The translations under genes and the position numbers were made by a program. 64,000 nt of DNA from Mobula hypostoma (lineage: Eukaryota), in NCBI RefSeq assembly GCF_963921235.1, contig NC_086106.1:24924001-24988000 (forward strand). Reading direction: 5' to 3'. Of this stretch, positions 47,581-62,859 are shown piece after piece. The stretch's first letter is position 1. Each line of letters opens with the position of its first letter. Under the pieces are notes generated by a model. That model saw only the letters and a program-made list of their open reading frames with translations. It made no database searches and was not told the DNA's origin.

Positions 47581-48848
47581 GACCTCGATAGAGGGCGAAC
47601 TCATCAAAATACATATTGCTGTCAACACACTGTGAAAACAAACCCTAACGAATGTCTGAAGGCTTAATTGAATGATTTTTAAATATCGAGTGTTCAGCAC
47701 AAACGCAATGGCATTCTCTTATATATTTTATTTATCTTTTTGCTTTTTGGTCTTTTTTGACTATGCTCACACCAAAATTTGATTACAGGACTTCTGTGCT
47801 GTTTAACATCACGGAACATTCCGCCTCAAACATTACGTTACCACAGTGGTCAATACCAAATGATGAAATTTTGAAGGGGGTGACTGAATATTGGCGAAAG
47901 ACGTGTTCATATTATGATCAGACAAAACTTCCCATCAATATCAGAAAGATGCCACCGTAACGTGATCTGACACAGCAACCATAATGTCGCTGGGGATTTC
48001 AGTTACCGACTTGTAAACACACTTCTGATATATTTATTAAACATAATGACTCTCACATCGATCTTTACTATACCTCTTTCCGCACATTCACTGGTAAAAA
48101 TTGTCACCCTTTCTCATTGGTTTGCAGTCTCCTCCGTGTTCCATTCTCAGTCTGATGCTTTCACTAAAAGCGAAAGAACATCTGAGATGTCATCATTCTG
48201 TAAAGTACAGGGGTTCACTTTCTCAGAAATTGATACTTCCCTCGCACTCCTCTACTCCATTTTGCATCGACTCTTCGCCCTGAGAGGGATACATTTTCCA
48301 TTGTACTTACGAAACACAACCAACACATCACTCCACGGAATTTCTTCTATCGTCCACAAATATATTTATAAGCACAATTTTCTCTCAACCTTTGCAATTT
48401 TTTTCTGCTTTCAACAGTGATCACCCTCTCTGTGACTCTATTCTCATGCGCATCTGCATACTGGTCTTCATGCAGTCACTTAGCTCTACCAATGGAATAT
48501 CTGATGAAATAGCACATTCACCTCCTAGCTTACCACAAATCATGGTCATGGAACAGTCTTTACAGATGATTCAGTAGTTTATCTACCTGTTTTTCGCGGG
48601 AACCATTTTTTTCTGACGCTCCGGGCGCGGCCTAGTCTGATGCAATGAAATCCAGCTGGGTTGGTAAGCTTCGTCGTGCATCTTCGCTCTGTCCTCTAAA
48701 ACAAGTTCAAAGTTCAAAGAAAATTTACGAGTAACGTATAAACATGTCACCATAATATACTGTCAGATCATTTTCTTGCGTGCATACTGTGGAAATTCAT
48801 CAACTGAAATAAAGTCACTGAAATATGGCACCCAATAGTGAAGATAAT

Positions 48849-48997
48849 NNNNNNNNNNNNNNNNNNNNNNNNNNNNNNNNNNNNNNNNNNNNNNNNNNNN
48901 NNNNNNNNNNNNNNNNNNNNNNNNNNNNNNNNNNNNNNNNNNNNNNNNNNNNNNNNNNNNNNNNNNNNNNNNNNNNNNNNNNNNNNNNNNNNNNNNN
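48849..48997. other. N run (149 nt)
   Basis: Directly visible. Confidence 0.99.
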
Positions 48998-51730
48998 CAG
49001 AAGGAGAACAGGAAGACGAAGTAGCAGAAGAAGAGGAAGCTGATGATGAAGGAGATAGCGGAGGAATACGTATCGAGAACATGCAATCAATAAATCCTTG
49101 AAAGTGAGTCGATAGCTTGGAAGAACAGCTAAGTGATGTCCAAGTTATACCTCTCTGACTTAGCAGCCTGATGATTGAGAGGCAAGATGGATGCTGCTGT
49201 TCTGCGACAACGATATGTGTATCTATGCTCAATGATGTTGAATGCTTTACTGAAGATGGACTTAGGCCTTTGAAGTACCGTTTGTAAGACGTTCCGTTTA
49301 AAAACATTTGTGGTTTCCATATAATTCTCTGATGAAGCCTGTCAACATTATCTTAAGCAGAAGGTTGTTCATGTCAGATCCTATCTGCTCAAACTGAAGG
49401 AAGTAGAGGCGCTGCTTCCGAGGGGCAAGAAATTTAAAGTTGCTGATACTCTCTAAGTCTGACTCCCCTGATACGTTCTGGTACACGTACCTCTGTTTTT
49501 CTCCACCTGAAATCAATATTCAGCTCCTTGATCTTATTCGCAATGAATAATGTAGTATTGTCGTGACGCTATTCAGATTTCAATCTCCCTCCGTTCTACG
49601 TATTCGTTAAACTCTTGATTCGACTAAAGATATCGTCAGCAAATGTAAATATAGCAGTTGAAATAACTTTGTCATATAGTCAGAAGTGTACAGTGAGTGA
49701 AGTAGTGGGGCCAAAGCACACAGACATGTGGTGCAACTATGCTGATGGAGATTGTGGGTGAGGTATTGTTGCTAATCCGAACTGACTGGGTCTGCATGTG
49801 TGGAAATCGAGAAACCAATTACACAAGGAAGAACTGACGCCTTGAAACGTTTTGATTAGTTCTGAGGAGATAATAATATTGAATCCCGGCATATGCTTAA
49901 AGGAATTATATTAATGACTTTTAACTTAACTAATTGGTTAGCAAAGAAAAATCAACAAGAAAGGGCACACTTTAGGTAAGGTGTCAAATGTTCACAGGTC
50001 GGAACTCAGCGTTTCTCCATATTCAGCAATCCTCAATCGATCATCGCTCCTGACATCACCGAATCACGGTCCCGCACCGGGTGGAATCATACGACCTGTT
50101 CTCTCCAGAGTCTTCTCTCTTCATCTCCCGGCCAAACAAAGCACCAGGCCCTATGTTAGTGTCCCTCTCTAGATAAACTTCCTCTCAGTTCTATCATCCT
50201 AACTGGATGCAACAGATTCCTTTTCCTACTTTGTCATCACCAAGAACTCAAGCATGCTGAAAGCAGAAGAGATTGCTCTACCACGGCAATCTGCTATCAC
50301 CCCCTCCAAAAAAAGAAGTCATGTCTTCATAACTTGAAATAATTTGTCATGGCAGCATTAATAACACAGTTTCCAAAGGAATTTTGAAAATGGTCAAAAT
50401 CTCCAACCCATTTTTAATGTACTGACTTATCTCTCTGGTAGAATAGTTGTAACACTCTGCCCGGGGCTACAAAGGGCAGACTATATGGGGGTCTTCTGAC
50501 AGTTTTAGAGGTCCTTATTCCATCATCTACTCTTCAGTTTCTGAAATTCTTGGGGGCACTACGAGTCCACATGGCGAGGCTTCCACCGATCAATTACTTG
50601 CGCCTCCTGGCAACTCCGACCGCTCAGCCACTTCGTTGAGCTCAGCTTCAGTTCCGGTTACGTCAGAGCCCAGCTCGACTGCATGGTGCAGCTGCAGACC
50701 TGACTAACCGCTTTTGATGCACATGATTTCAACTGCCTCGGCGTGTGAAGTGTTGGAACTCTCTTCCTCATTTATTGGCGAGTTATAAGAAGGCAGCAGG
50801 TACTACACCGTCATTTCCTCATCCTGCGAGTCCACATCGCATTTTGAAGGGTGTGGAGAGGGCGGTTGTAATCCTTTTGCTGCTGGGTCTTCAGTCTCCC
50901 GACGTCGCCACAGAGCCCATTTACTAGCTGAAAGGTCCAAGTCAGGCTTTGGGTCAACACGGATCTCTTGTCTTACCTCTTCACATTTCACATCACATCT
51001 CACTTGAAAAGGCTCCGAAGTGCTAAAATAATATTTGCCACTTTTCTTTTTGTCATATTAACTTTTATCGCCGAGGGAGGGTGACCGCACAGAAGCTGAT
51101 TTGTAGGGTGAGTCACTGTAGTATAGTTCTTCAGCAACATCCGATAGTACCGCAGAGTCCAAGAAACGAAGCCTGGGCGCTCACAGTCTGGGTCCTTGGC
51201 TAGATTGTTGCAACCTCTATCTTAGATGGATCCATATCTACACCATGCGAGGGACTAAGTGCCCACTGAATTGGCAGACTTAACACGTAAACGTTGAGAA
51301 CTGCCAATTCAAGTGAACAATCCATTAGTATGAAATTATTAATATCAAGGTTCTGCAGCTAGGTGGGAAATGATGAGTTTTCACTGGATAGATGGCATAG
51401 CTTGATCTGCTCATACTACAGTTACAGGAATCACAGAATACGTTCCCCAGCAAATAGTCCTTGTTTATCATGTAAGTTTCCCAGTTATACTCACAGAGTA
51501 GTCAAACAAAGCTATCGAAATAATTTTGGTTTACTGTTGGCAGACGGGGGTGTTAGTGTGAAGAAGATGCAAACTGCAGACCTGAGCTGGTCAGTTACTC
51601 AGAGCTAGTTGAGAAGGCCTGAAGTGATCGTATTCACTTTCAACGACTGTCAGATTTGTAAATACTTACCAGGACTGAAAATGAGCTTCAGTTTTCTGCT
51701 TATTTCATGACCTTATTTGGAATGTAGCAG

Positions 51731-52051
51731 CTCCATAAATTGGGGCAATTATTCACTCAAATGAATGCTTCTCAGTACACAGACAATGAGGCTGAAATGT
51801 CAACTGTTATGTCAAGGAACCTGAGAACAGAATACAACTGGAAATCACGGAAACTGCTTCATTCTTAAATATTATCGAGTTTCCTGTCCTGTTCCGCTCA
51901 ATCTATCTAACTTCATAAGTACTGATTTATATTTATCAATTTACACAACCTGAGTACACAATATAAACGCCAGGACCTGATTACTCTGTAATGATTTAAA
52001 GGTCCATACTGTGCACAGGGGTTGCTGCAGACACTGAGCGTTTCAAGCAAA
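51731..52051 (+). pseudogene. Duplicate of the V relic at 9,217-9,537
   Basis: Cys 51,805, Trp 51,839, YC ending at 52,012; RSS relic CACAGGG - 22 nt - TCAAGCAAA. Confidence 0.5.
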
Positions 52052-55000
52052 TGTTTGCTGGAGTTGAAATAAAACTTAAATTATTTTCAATGAACTGGTT
52101 GCTTGTTAATTCCACGTTAAAAAAAAAAATCGATAATGATCAACCGCAACTGAAGAAACTGCACCGCAAAGACACCAGTAACTGAAATGTATTTTATTTC
52201 TTCCTTCAGGATAAGGTTGCGACAGGTTTTCTATTTCAAATTTCCTTTTAGATTGTTTTTTTTTTATTTTTGAACGACTTGAAAGTTGAGCATCGATTTC
52301 ATAATATGAACAGAGAGATGCAATGAGCACATTGCCTTCTGAAGCATCCACATTAAAAATTTCAGTAAAGGACCTCAAAATACCGGATACACGATATTAT
52401 TCAGTGGGAGTGTGCTGCCTCAGAGGGTACAAGTCTTGAAATGTACAGCTCGCCTGACTGGAAGTGAGAGTAACTGCCTATTTAAGAAACGCCTTGGTAT
52501 GTTCCTGTATCGTCTCACCCTCCAGGGGTAGTTTACTTATTTTTGCAGTGACATTATTAGACGCAGTATCCACTGAATTGTTTTGATAGGATGCAAAAGT
52601 GGGCTGAGAAGTGGCAGATGGAGATCAACCCGGAGAAGTGTGAGGTGGTACACTTTGGAAGGACAAACTCCAGGGAAGAGTACAAAGTAAAAGCCAGAAT
52701 ACTTGGTAGAGTGGAGGAGCAGAGGGGTGTAGGGGTACAAGTTCATAGATCCCTGAAAGTTGCCTCACAGGTAGATAGGACAGATGAGTAAGCTTATGGG
52801 GTGTTAGTTTTCATAAGTCAAGGGATAGAGTTTAAAAGTCGCATTAGAGTCGCATTAATGCAGATCTATAAATATCTGGTTAGGCCACACTTGGAGCACT
52901 GTGTCCAGTTCTGTTCACTTCACTGTAGGAAGGATGTGGAAGTATTGGAAAGAGTACGGAAGAGATTGCCAGGATGCTGCCTGGTTTAGAGAGTGTGCAT
53001 TAAGTTCAGAAAATAATGAAGCTAGGGCATTATTCTTTGTTGAAAAGAAGGATGAGAGGAGACAGGATAGAGGCATACAGATATTAAGAGAATTGAATAG
53101 AGTGGACAGCCAGAGCCTCTTTCCCGGGGCACCACTGTAGAGAAGAAGAAGATATGCTTTAAGGTAAGGGGTGGGAAGTTCAAGGGGTATAGTAGAGGAA
53201 GATTTTTTACTCAGAGAGTGATGGGTGCGTGGAATGCACTTCCTGAGTCAGTTGTGGAGGGCAGATACACCAGTGAAATTTAAGAGGCTGCCGTTCTGGT
53301 ATATGGAGGAATCTAAGGTGGGAGGTAGGGTTTAAGGGTCGGCACAACATTGTGGGCCGACGGGCCTGTCGTGTGCTGTACCATTCTATGGTCTATTTTC
53401 TATGTTCCAAACATGACCTCGGAGCTTTAAACTCCATCCTTTGATTTCCAGATCGCAGCGAAACAGTTGCTCCGTCAACAATTCTTTGGAGCTGCTAAAT
53501 ATCGTCTTATATACTCTATACTGAGCCGGCAGAGAAGCAGCTGAGAGCTGAGAGGTCCTCTGTAGGGTAGATAAATCATTGTATTGATCACAAATTCTGG
53601 TTCGCTGAAAAATCGGTGCTTCGTTGTCGACTGAAGAAGTCGGAATTATCTGGCAACCATGCAGGAAAAACTCTCTGCAACAATATCGAAAAGCCAATCG
53701 TCAGAGCGGCTAACTTCAGTCATCTCTCGCTTCCAAATGGTGTGGCTCTTCAACAAAGACTGTCAGCGACGTGTCGATGACAGACTCTGACACCTTTTTT
53801 TCCGGGCAGGCAGCTGCGATAAATTCCTGAACTTAACCCAGTATATTGACGATGACTTTGAAATGCGACAAGTTACAGGAGCAGTATCCGTTGACTTAAC
53901 AGCAGCATGCGACATTGTGAATTACAGAGGCCTTCTACAGACTTTATCTAAAATGTTAAAGAACGAACCCACAGTTAAAATAATAAGTAGGCTCCTAGAA
54001 AATCGTAGATTTTATGTAGAAATGAATGGAATTGAGAGTATGTGGCGTCTACGAAAGCACGGACTACCACAGGGCTCAGTCCTGGCACCTCTACTATTTA
54101 CTGTCTGCACAAATGATCAGCAAACCTTTCCTAACACTGGCAGGTTTATCTATGCAGACGACGTTTGCATAGCAACACAACCAAACTCCTTCCAAGAAGT
54201 TGAAGTACGACTTACAGCAGCCCTCGAAGCAATGAAGCAGTATTATGAAAAAAAAAGTCTCTGAACCCAAATCCATCAGAAACTCAAGTGTCTGCATTCC
54301 ACCTGAGGAATCCAGAAGCAGCTCGGAAACTCAAGAACTTCTGGTGTGGGAAGGAGTTTCATCACCATCCGACTCAAATATACCTGGGCGTGACACTGAG
54401 CAGGACGCTGGCATTTTCCACCGATATCCTAAACCACCGAGGGAAAGTTGCCGCTCGCAATTCACTTTTGAAAAATTAGCAGCACGAAATGGGGAGCTAA
54501 TGCTCACACACTTTGATCAACTGCCCCAGCGCTCTGCTATGCACCTGCAGAATACTGCGCACCTGCGTGGGGCAGATCAGCCCATGCGAAGAAAATAGAC
54601 CCGTTGATTAACGAAGACGGCCGAATAATCACGGGCATACTATACCCACACCCACAAACAATATTTACAGACTTGCAGGCATTGCTCTCTCAGAGATCGG
54701 AAGACACACTACAACAAAAACTTGAAGAGGTAAACAGAACTCGGATCCACTGCACCCAACTACAGCTTCAGGAACTTGTTCATACGCTTTCAGTATATAC
54801 TGCTTCACAATATCATAATCAAGTGCTTGCTCAAAAAACTGAGGCGCTCTACAAGAAGGGTCAGAGCCATCTCTATTTTCTGAGGAGACTGAGGTCCTTT
54901 AACATCTGTCGGACGATGCTGAGGATGTTCTGCAAGTCTGTGTTGACCAGTGCTATCATATTTGCTGTTGTGTGCTGGGGCAGCAGGCCTGAGGGTAGCA

Positions 55001-55434
55001 GACTCCAACAGAATCAACAAACCCATTCGTAAGGCCAGTGATGTTGTGGAGATGGAACTGGACTCTCTGACAGTGGTGTCGGAAAAGAGGATGCTGTCCA
55101 AGTTGAATGCCATCTTGGACAATGACATCCATCCACTACATAATGTACTGGTTGGCACAGGACTACATTCAGCCAGAGTCTCATTCCAATGAGATGCAAC
55201 CCTGAGCCTCATAGGAAGTCATTCCTACCCGTGGCCGTCAAGCTTTACAACACCTCCCTTCGAGTGTCAGACACTCTGAGCCAATAGGCTGGTCATGGAC
55301 TACTTTCCATCTGGCATAATGTACATGTTGATATTTAATTAATTCTGCTTTTATATTACTATGTTTGTACTCTATTCTTCCTTGGTACACATGTAACGAA
55401 ACCCAATTTCCCTCGGGATCAATAAAGTATGTCT

Positions 55435-55438
55435 ATCC

Positions 55439-55474
<36 letters not shown>

Positions 55475-55475
55475 G
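55435..55475 (+). repeat. (CTAT)n tail of a LINE
   Basis: Directly visible after caataaagtatg. Confidence 0.9.
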
Positions 55476-55479
55476 TCTG

Positions 55480-56500
55480 TCTACTTATCTAAAAGGTGAG
55501 ATATTGTGAAAGGAACTAAACACTGTCTTTAGGTTGCGCCGAAATGGTGGATTCCCGGCGCTGCTGCCCCTGTAAGAAAACTTTTGCAGGTGTGTTCTTT
55601 GCAGACGGTTGCACACAGTTCCAGGATATCAACCCATAGCGTATAAATATATGAACAGTTTGTCTCGAGTTGAAACTCCATTTACACGTGTAGGTGTGGA
55701 CTGTCTTGGGCATTTTAAGGTGAAGGGAAAAATCAGCGCAGTGAAGAAGTATGTGGTTATATTAACCCATTCATGTATACGAGTTCTTTACATTTAGGCG
55801 ATATCTTCTTTGGATACAAATTATTTTGGTAGCTTTATAGCAAGAGAAATACAAGTTAGGGAACCAATCTCGGATAATAATGCAGACGTTAGTGAAACTG
55901 ACAAGTGAGGTAGGCCGGACCATTGAAAACTGGAGCCATTCCGAGCTCATTGATGTCCTCCTACAGAAGGGAATTAAGTGGATTTCGAGCCGCACCCACA
56001 GGTGGTTCATATCATGGTGGAAACTTCAGATATTAATTAGGTCTGAGTGAACGTATATTAGTTCCAACATGAAGGTATACAATCTGGACGAAGTGGTTTT
56101 TCCACGCAGTCCTTTGCAAAGAAGTGGCTATTATCAATGTGGTGAAATCACTAATGCATGCCTTGACCACACTGCTTTGGAAGAATAAACATTAAACCAT
56201 CTGTTGGTTCTGAAGAGCACACAATGCCCTTCAGGGGTGTTCCTAAAAGCGGGCATATTTACTCGTCGTAAATGGAAGCAACTAGAATATACGACGAAAA
56301 TGACTCGGAAATAGTCGGCCAATGAGTACTTACCATTGTTACCGGATCGTCATAAAATATCAAGTATAGCGCACATTTTCTTCGCAGGGGATATTATGAT
56401 TATAGTTTAAACGCAGCGCCTCAGAACACATTGAAAATTCAAGTTTTTTCAAGGAAGAAGATGATTTCCGCAGTAGGTGTGCATCAAATCTCTCTTCCGG
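55480..56500 (+). mobile_element. BEL/Pao integrase remnant (longer paralog)
   Basis: TPFTRVGVDCLGHFKVKGKISAVKKYVVILT. Confidence 0.8.
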
Positions 56501-57469
56501 GCACGTTTTTAACAAGATTAGTCTTTCACTTGAGCCACTGGTTTGAGTAACTACAGTCCTCGAGCTGCTGGTTGATTGTCCTGAGGATTTTGACTGAGTT
56601 ACTGCCTTGACAACTCCATTATGTTATGGTATCCTCTGGCCTACGACATTTGCATGTATGTTAAGATGTTTATGGATGAAAATATAATCTCTGCTATTTC
56701 AGTTGACTGTAGTAATTATGATATTGCAATAACTGATGGCGGAGATGTAGTAGCCCTGTATCTGTTTTCTGTCTGTCTGTATTGTATATTACGTTGTTAG
56801 ATTTATCGTTACGATGATTTATCATTTGACGTTGGGATTGTTGAAGGAAAATTATATAGTCACATATTCAGCCTTTGTGCCGTAGATTTAGCATAGCTTT
56901 GATTTATTTTGTGCTTATTTCACTATTGCGCTTATTTTGCTAACTGTGCTTTTTACGCAGAACGCCTCAATATCGATAATTTTTATCACCTGTCTTTTCT
57001 TGTTTCGTTATAAATTATCGAGCATCCTTTGTCGACCTGATAATCACTTATTTTGAGGCACATAATACACTGTTAATTCGCTTCTTCATCATCTCTGAGG
57101 ATTTGTATTATATATTTTTTTTCAACCTGCTGCTACGAGTGGCGACGAGGTACTTTCATACCAGCCTGAGACAATTCATCATTATCATCATCAGCTGCCA
57201 TGCCCAGTTTGAGCTTTGACTGCCATGGTCCATACACTCCTCTTTCGGGTCAAGGGAATCAATTCATTGCTATTCATTTCTAGTTCTTTGGCTGCCATCA
57301 TCATTTGTCTGTGCCTTCCTTTTGCTTTCCTCCCTTCAATCGTTCCCATAATTATCGTGCATTAAAACTCCTCTTTCCTAATCACATATCCAATGAAGTT
57401 ACAATGACCTACTCAATGCACAGCACTTTTTTTTTTCTTCAGAATGGTCATCGAGACGTTCCGGTTAAA

Positions 57470-57842
57470 AACTAAAGAAAAAGGAACACGTGCTTCCGGG
57501 ACATTGGTTGTTCCCCTGTTCGTAAACAGACAGTACGGCTTATAATAACAGAAGATAATCATAAACTGGACAGTATATAAAGAAGGATTTAGCATGTGTG
57601 TTTTTTTTTATTTCAATGCGGCATCAAATCTGACGTACCTGAATAGAGCAAATTAACAGAACACTGACAATTTGTTGATGCTCTTTGTGAACACTGATTG
57701 GTCGTTCAGTTTAGAACGTGGAAATTTACGACAGAAGATATAGAAACACTTGCTGGTTACACAGCTCATATTTAAAAGAACAATTAACATAAATGTATCA
57801 ATGAAAACCGCAGCAGAGACGCAATTCAGTTGCGGTCAGGAA
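57470..57842 (+). pseudogene. Duplicate of relic B
   Basis: Paralog of 15,340-15,722. Confidence 0.4.
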
Positions 57843-59418
57843 TGAAATTCAGCGTGAAAAACTTACAACGTCTGAGCAGATACGTTCCTTCTGTCTTTCT
57901 TTTCTTGTAGGGGCTCCGACACATCATAACAATGCAATTTTAAAGGTGAAAGTTGCAGAAATATGCAACAAGGTAAGACATGCCGGGCAAACAGGAATAA
58001 ACGGACTGCACAAGTAAGAGCAAGAGAAAAAAAAAAGTCAAGGGTCAGTTTCCAAAGAGCACCAATCAGCCTGACTTTGACGATAAATTCTGATAAAGAA
58101 CAGCGTCAACGGACGTGTAGCCTTGAGATTTACAATCTGTAAATTAACAAGAGACAATCAGTAAGGGATAAACAGAATAGAACGGTAAAATAATAGACAC
58201 TCTCTCGGCTGCGACAGTCAGTCTTTCCAATGAGCGTGAAAAAGAAGCTGGCAGATAATCAACCTATTGTGGAAAACAGATAACTACTGTATGAATGACA
58301 TTAGTAATGGAAAATGCAAAAGTCAATAAGACCAGCAATGTGGGTCGCTTTTGGCTGAGAAGACTACAACTTGATTGGAGATGCATCCAGCGTTTGCTTG
58401 CAAATCCCTGCAAAATCAACTGAAGGTGAAGTAATAAAGGTACTGGATAATGCCACAGCAGTGTTGAGTATATTTCAGAATTTTTCCAGCGGATCAAGAG
58501 TAAAATAGTATCAACTGAATATTTCACACACTAGTTATACATTGCATTTCCGTTCCTTGCACCATCCCTAGTTTGGAGTATTAAACCTTTTAACCAGCAC
58601 AGGGTTGGGAACCAGATTACCTTCATTAATGATCATCAATCACTTATGTCTATTCTAGATCCAGATAAGCATGTTTCACTGTGGGTAACGGTACGAATAC
58701 AGAGACAAACGGCTGAGACAAACTGAAAACTTCTCAAACAAGGAGAACAAAGTTTCAGTTTGGGAGACAAATAGTTCTGGCGAGGAAATAAGTTGGTGAT
58801 CAAAAGCGAATGCATGAAAAGTTTAAGGACAGAACTGGATCACTGCCCTGGACAGTAGAGATTATGTTCTATATCCTCCGGAGACAGCACATTGAACAGT
58901 TGGGGAAATTAGAATCAATCGATGAGAAGAAAGAACTCCAGAGAAGTCAGAAAAGCCTTCTGGATTCCCAGACTCAATTCCTGCTACCCGAAATTTGGCA
59001 GCCCCCAGTCTGATATTGGTTTATTGCAACAAATTTCACCTGTCAGGTAGAATTATACTCCCACTGCCCTTGACAAGAAAGAAGATATCCCACAGGTAAA
59101 AGAGAATTATCCAGAGACAGTGAACCTACGAGTCTGAATGAGGCAATTCAAACTTCACGGTACTGTGGATGTTAATAGTTTAAATATATTGTTTGATAAA
59201 GCATGAATTGGATGGTGACATAACTCATTACATGTTTCATAAACTTAAGTGCATGAGCGGCAAAAGTCATTACGCCGCGCCATGAAAAAAAAACGCTAAG
59301 TAGAAACGCTTTCTATGCTCCCGTCTGTTTCCTTAGATTATTTTGACTAAATAACAGTGAAGTCGGATGTGAATCACCGAGTGTTCCTTGAAGCCAGATG
59401 GTTCCTTGAAGCCAGATG

Positions 59419-60680
59419 GACTATTACTCTCACCCTGTCTCTTGCAAAAACACCACCCCCTTCTTGCAATTCCTCCATCTCCGCCGCATCTGCTCTCAGG
59501 ATGAGGCTTTTCATTCCAGGAAGAGGGAGATGTCTTCCTTTTTTAAAGAAAGGGGCTTCCCTTCCTCCACTATCAACTCTGCTCTTAAACGTATCTCCCC
59601 CATTTCACGTACACATGCTCTCACTCCATCTTCCCGCCACCCCACTAGGAATAGGGTTCCCCTGGTCCTCACCTACCACCCCACCAGCCTCCGGATCCAA
59701 CATATTATTTTTCGTAACTTCCGCCACCTCCAACAGGACCCCACCACTAAGCACATCTTTCCCTCCCCCCACCCCACTGCATTCCGCAAGGATCGCTCCC
59801 TACGCAACTCCCTTGTCCATTCGTCCCCCCCATCCCTCCCTACTGATCTCCCTCCTGGCACTTATCCGTGTAAGCGGAACAAGTGCTACACATGCTCTTA
59901 CACTTCCTCACTTACCACCATTCAGGGCCCCATACAGTCCTTCCAGGTGAGGCAACACTTCATCTGTGAGTCGACTGGGGTGATATATTGCGTCCGGTGC
60001 TCCCGATATGGCCTTTTATATATTGGCGAGACCCGACGCAGACTGGGAGACTGCTTTGCTGAACATCTACGCTCTGTCCGCCAGAGAAAGCAGGATCTCC
60101 CAGTGGCCACACATTTAAATTCCACATCCCATTCCCATTCTGACATGTCTATCCACGGCCTCCTCTACTGTAAAGATGAAGCCACACTGAGGTTAGAGGA
60201 ACAACACCTTATATTCCGTCTGGGTAGCCTCCAACCTGATGGCATGAACATCGACTTCTCTAACTTCCGTTTAATGCCCCACCTCCCCCTGGTACCCCAT
60301 CAGTTACTTATTTTTATGCGCACATTCTTTCTCTCACTCTCATTTTTCTCCCTCTGTCCCTCTGAATATACCCCTTGCCCAGTCTCTGGGTCCACCCCCC
60401 CCCCCCCCCCCCCGCCACCCCTTGTCTTTCTTCCCGGACCTCCTGTCCCATGATCCTCTCGTATCCCTTTTGCCTATCACCTGTCCAGCTCTCGGCTCTA
60501 TCCCTCCCCCTCCTGTCTTCTCCTATCATTTTGGATCTCTCCCTCCCCCTCCAACTTTCAAATCCCTTACTCACTCTTCCTTCAGTAGTCCTGTCGAAGG
60601 ATCTTGGCCTGAAACGTCGACTGCTCCTCTTCCTAGAGATGCTGCCTGGCCTGCTGCGTTCACCAGCAACTTTTATTTGT
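59419..60680 (+). mobile_element. Penelope-like element (paralog of 17,303-18,555)
   Basis: 345-aa frame with the GIY-YIG motif LLYIGETRRRLGD. Confidence 0.9.
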
Positions 60681-62859
60681 GTTGCTGGTGTTATGAACGC
60701 CGTCTTCCACTCATCTTCATAGCGGTCTATAGAACCAGTTTGGTGAAGCTCCTGTTTGAGAGTGTTTTAATGCACTATCCATTGAGTGGAGAGTTTGGCG
60801 TTGTATATATTTATTTTGTAAAGTCTACAGTAGTGAATGCATGGATGAACACCACAATTTATTCTCTTTTCTTACACATAATGACTCTACACTGGCGCTG
60901 AAGACTGGGATTTTTGAATGGGGGCATTCCGTAGCGCATCGGAGATATACTCATTCAAGACTCTGGCCTCAGGATGAGTGAAGTATAACAGACGAATCGG
61001 GCAGGGGAGATTCCCAGGAGTTATGGTCCTCCTGCTGCTGTGAGGCAGCAGAATGCAGGTTTCCATTTTACTAAAGGCAATGGCTAAGTAAGTGTATTCC
61101 TGGGGGAATTTGGTAAGGTCGTGAGATTTACCGGGTGAAGTCAATTGAAGTTGCAGGCAGATGACTTCCCCAGCTCATCACTGAGCCTGATGACTTGGCG
61201 AAATGAGGGTGGTAACTCAATACGATATGAGTTTTGGGTGAGTCGGTAAGTACGAATTTGTGGACACGACCTATTTATTCTCCGATGTTCAATTTAACAG
61301 GTCCTCTGGGCGTTCTGACCATCTTAATCCCAATGGGAGTCCATCACGTTCCGTTTATGCAGAGGTGCTAGAGATCAGCTGGATGGGGGGTCGGACTTGC
61401 ACACAGAGAGCCATTTCCAGAAGGTTGCATTCTGCACCGAGTAGATTATGGACTTCTATCCACGTAGAGCTGTCGAGGCGTGGAGGAAGACAGAGTGAGA
61501 GAATAAGGCTTTGTTACAGGAAGGACCAAGAAGGAATTCATCTCCACCTGCTTGTGCCGTTTCTTGGGCGAAGTGGGAAAAGGATGTGTGGGTGATCGGA
61601 AGCTGCGTAGTAAGGGCAAATTATGTTACTGCACTAGTCCTTCATACTGTTGGGTCTGGGAGCTGTAAGCGTCTGGGCAATAAGCATCTCCTGCTACCAG
61701 CGTTGGTTCTGTGCGCCTTGATGATGAGGATCCTGCAGCCTGAACTATTTCTGGGAACGAAATAAGCTTCCTGGATGTTATTTTATGGGGTCGTCCCATC
61801 AGCAAGTTGTGAATTATGATGGCTAGAAGGTTAGAAGTATTTGTGTTCGTTGGGCCTCTCACCGGTGTACAACCCGCACAGGCGCCCTGATATACTCTGA
61901 TGCTAATAGGCGAATAGCGCTTTCAAAATCCAGTCCTGAAATTGACGATGTTAACGAGAACCGAGCATGAAACACAAAAGGCGAATTATCTGATATGCTA
62001 ATCACTATCCACTTCCTTGATGGTCGAATAGCGGAAGCAACTAAACAACGTATTTGTAATAATTATTACAAATATCCGTTTTATTTTCCCAAATCAAGGT
62101 GGCCGCGACAGAGTCCCAATTTAGGAGAGAGATTAGGAGGGCTATCTTGGCTCTGTGCATGGAATATGGAGATAGCAGGAGCTCGAAGTGTAAGATACCA
62201 CTAGTACAGGAAGTTGGAACATTTTGTTGCAGATCTGTTGAAGCGTTCGTGTACTGCAATGTTGGACTCAGAGCTAGGAGGTAGAATGGCGTTCTATTGC
62301 TTGTGCGATATGAAAGGTTGTTTGAAATTGGCGACCGGCTGATCAATAGCTTCCTGCTCCTATGGGATCCTGTGCTTCTGTCGACAGTTGATTTCCTTTG
62401 CAAGACCATATTTTGTTGGGTCAATAACTGGATCACCCATCCTGTAAAAAATGTAGAACAGGCTTCACTTAAAAACCAGAGCAGCGGATCCGACATACAA
62501 GTAAACGCGCACGCCAATCTGAAGTTAACACATCCAAATATTCAACTGACGATGGATGTGGAGAAGAATTGTTGACTCCCCATCGTGGACATTCTAATAA
62601 AACTGACACCGGATGCTAGTGTTGGATGCCAGATAACACGGATTTATACATCAAAATAATAGCCTCCATCACGCCTCACAATGCAGAGCGGTGTTTTCAA
62701 TGTGGATTAACCATGGGGAGGCTATTTCGGAGCAGGAGACAATTGAGCACGACTTTTATACAGAATGGTTACCATGGGAATGAAATTTATCGGGGCCTTA
62801 AAAAGGAAGATGGGAAGAAAAACAAAGAAAAAAAAAAAACGGGGCACCTCAGATCGCGG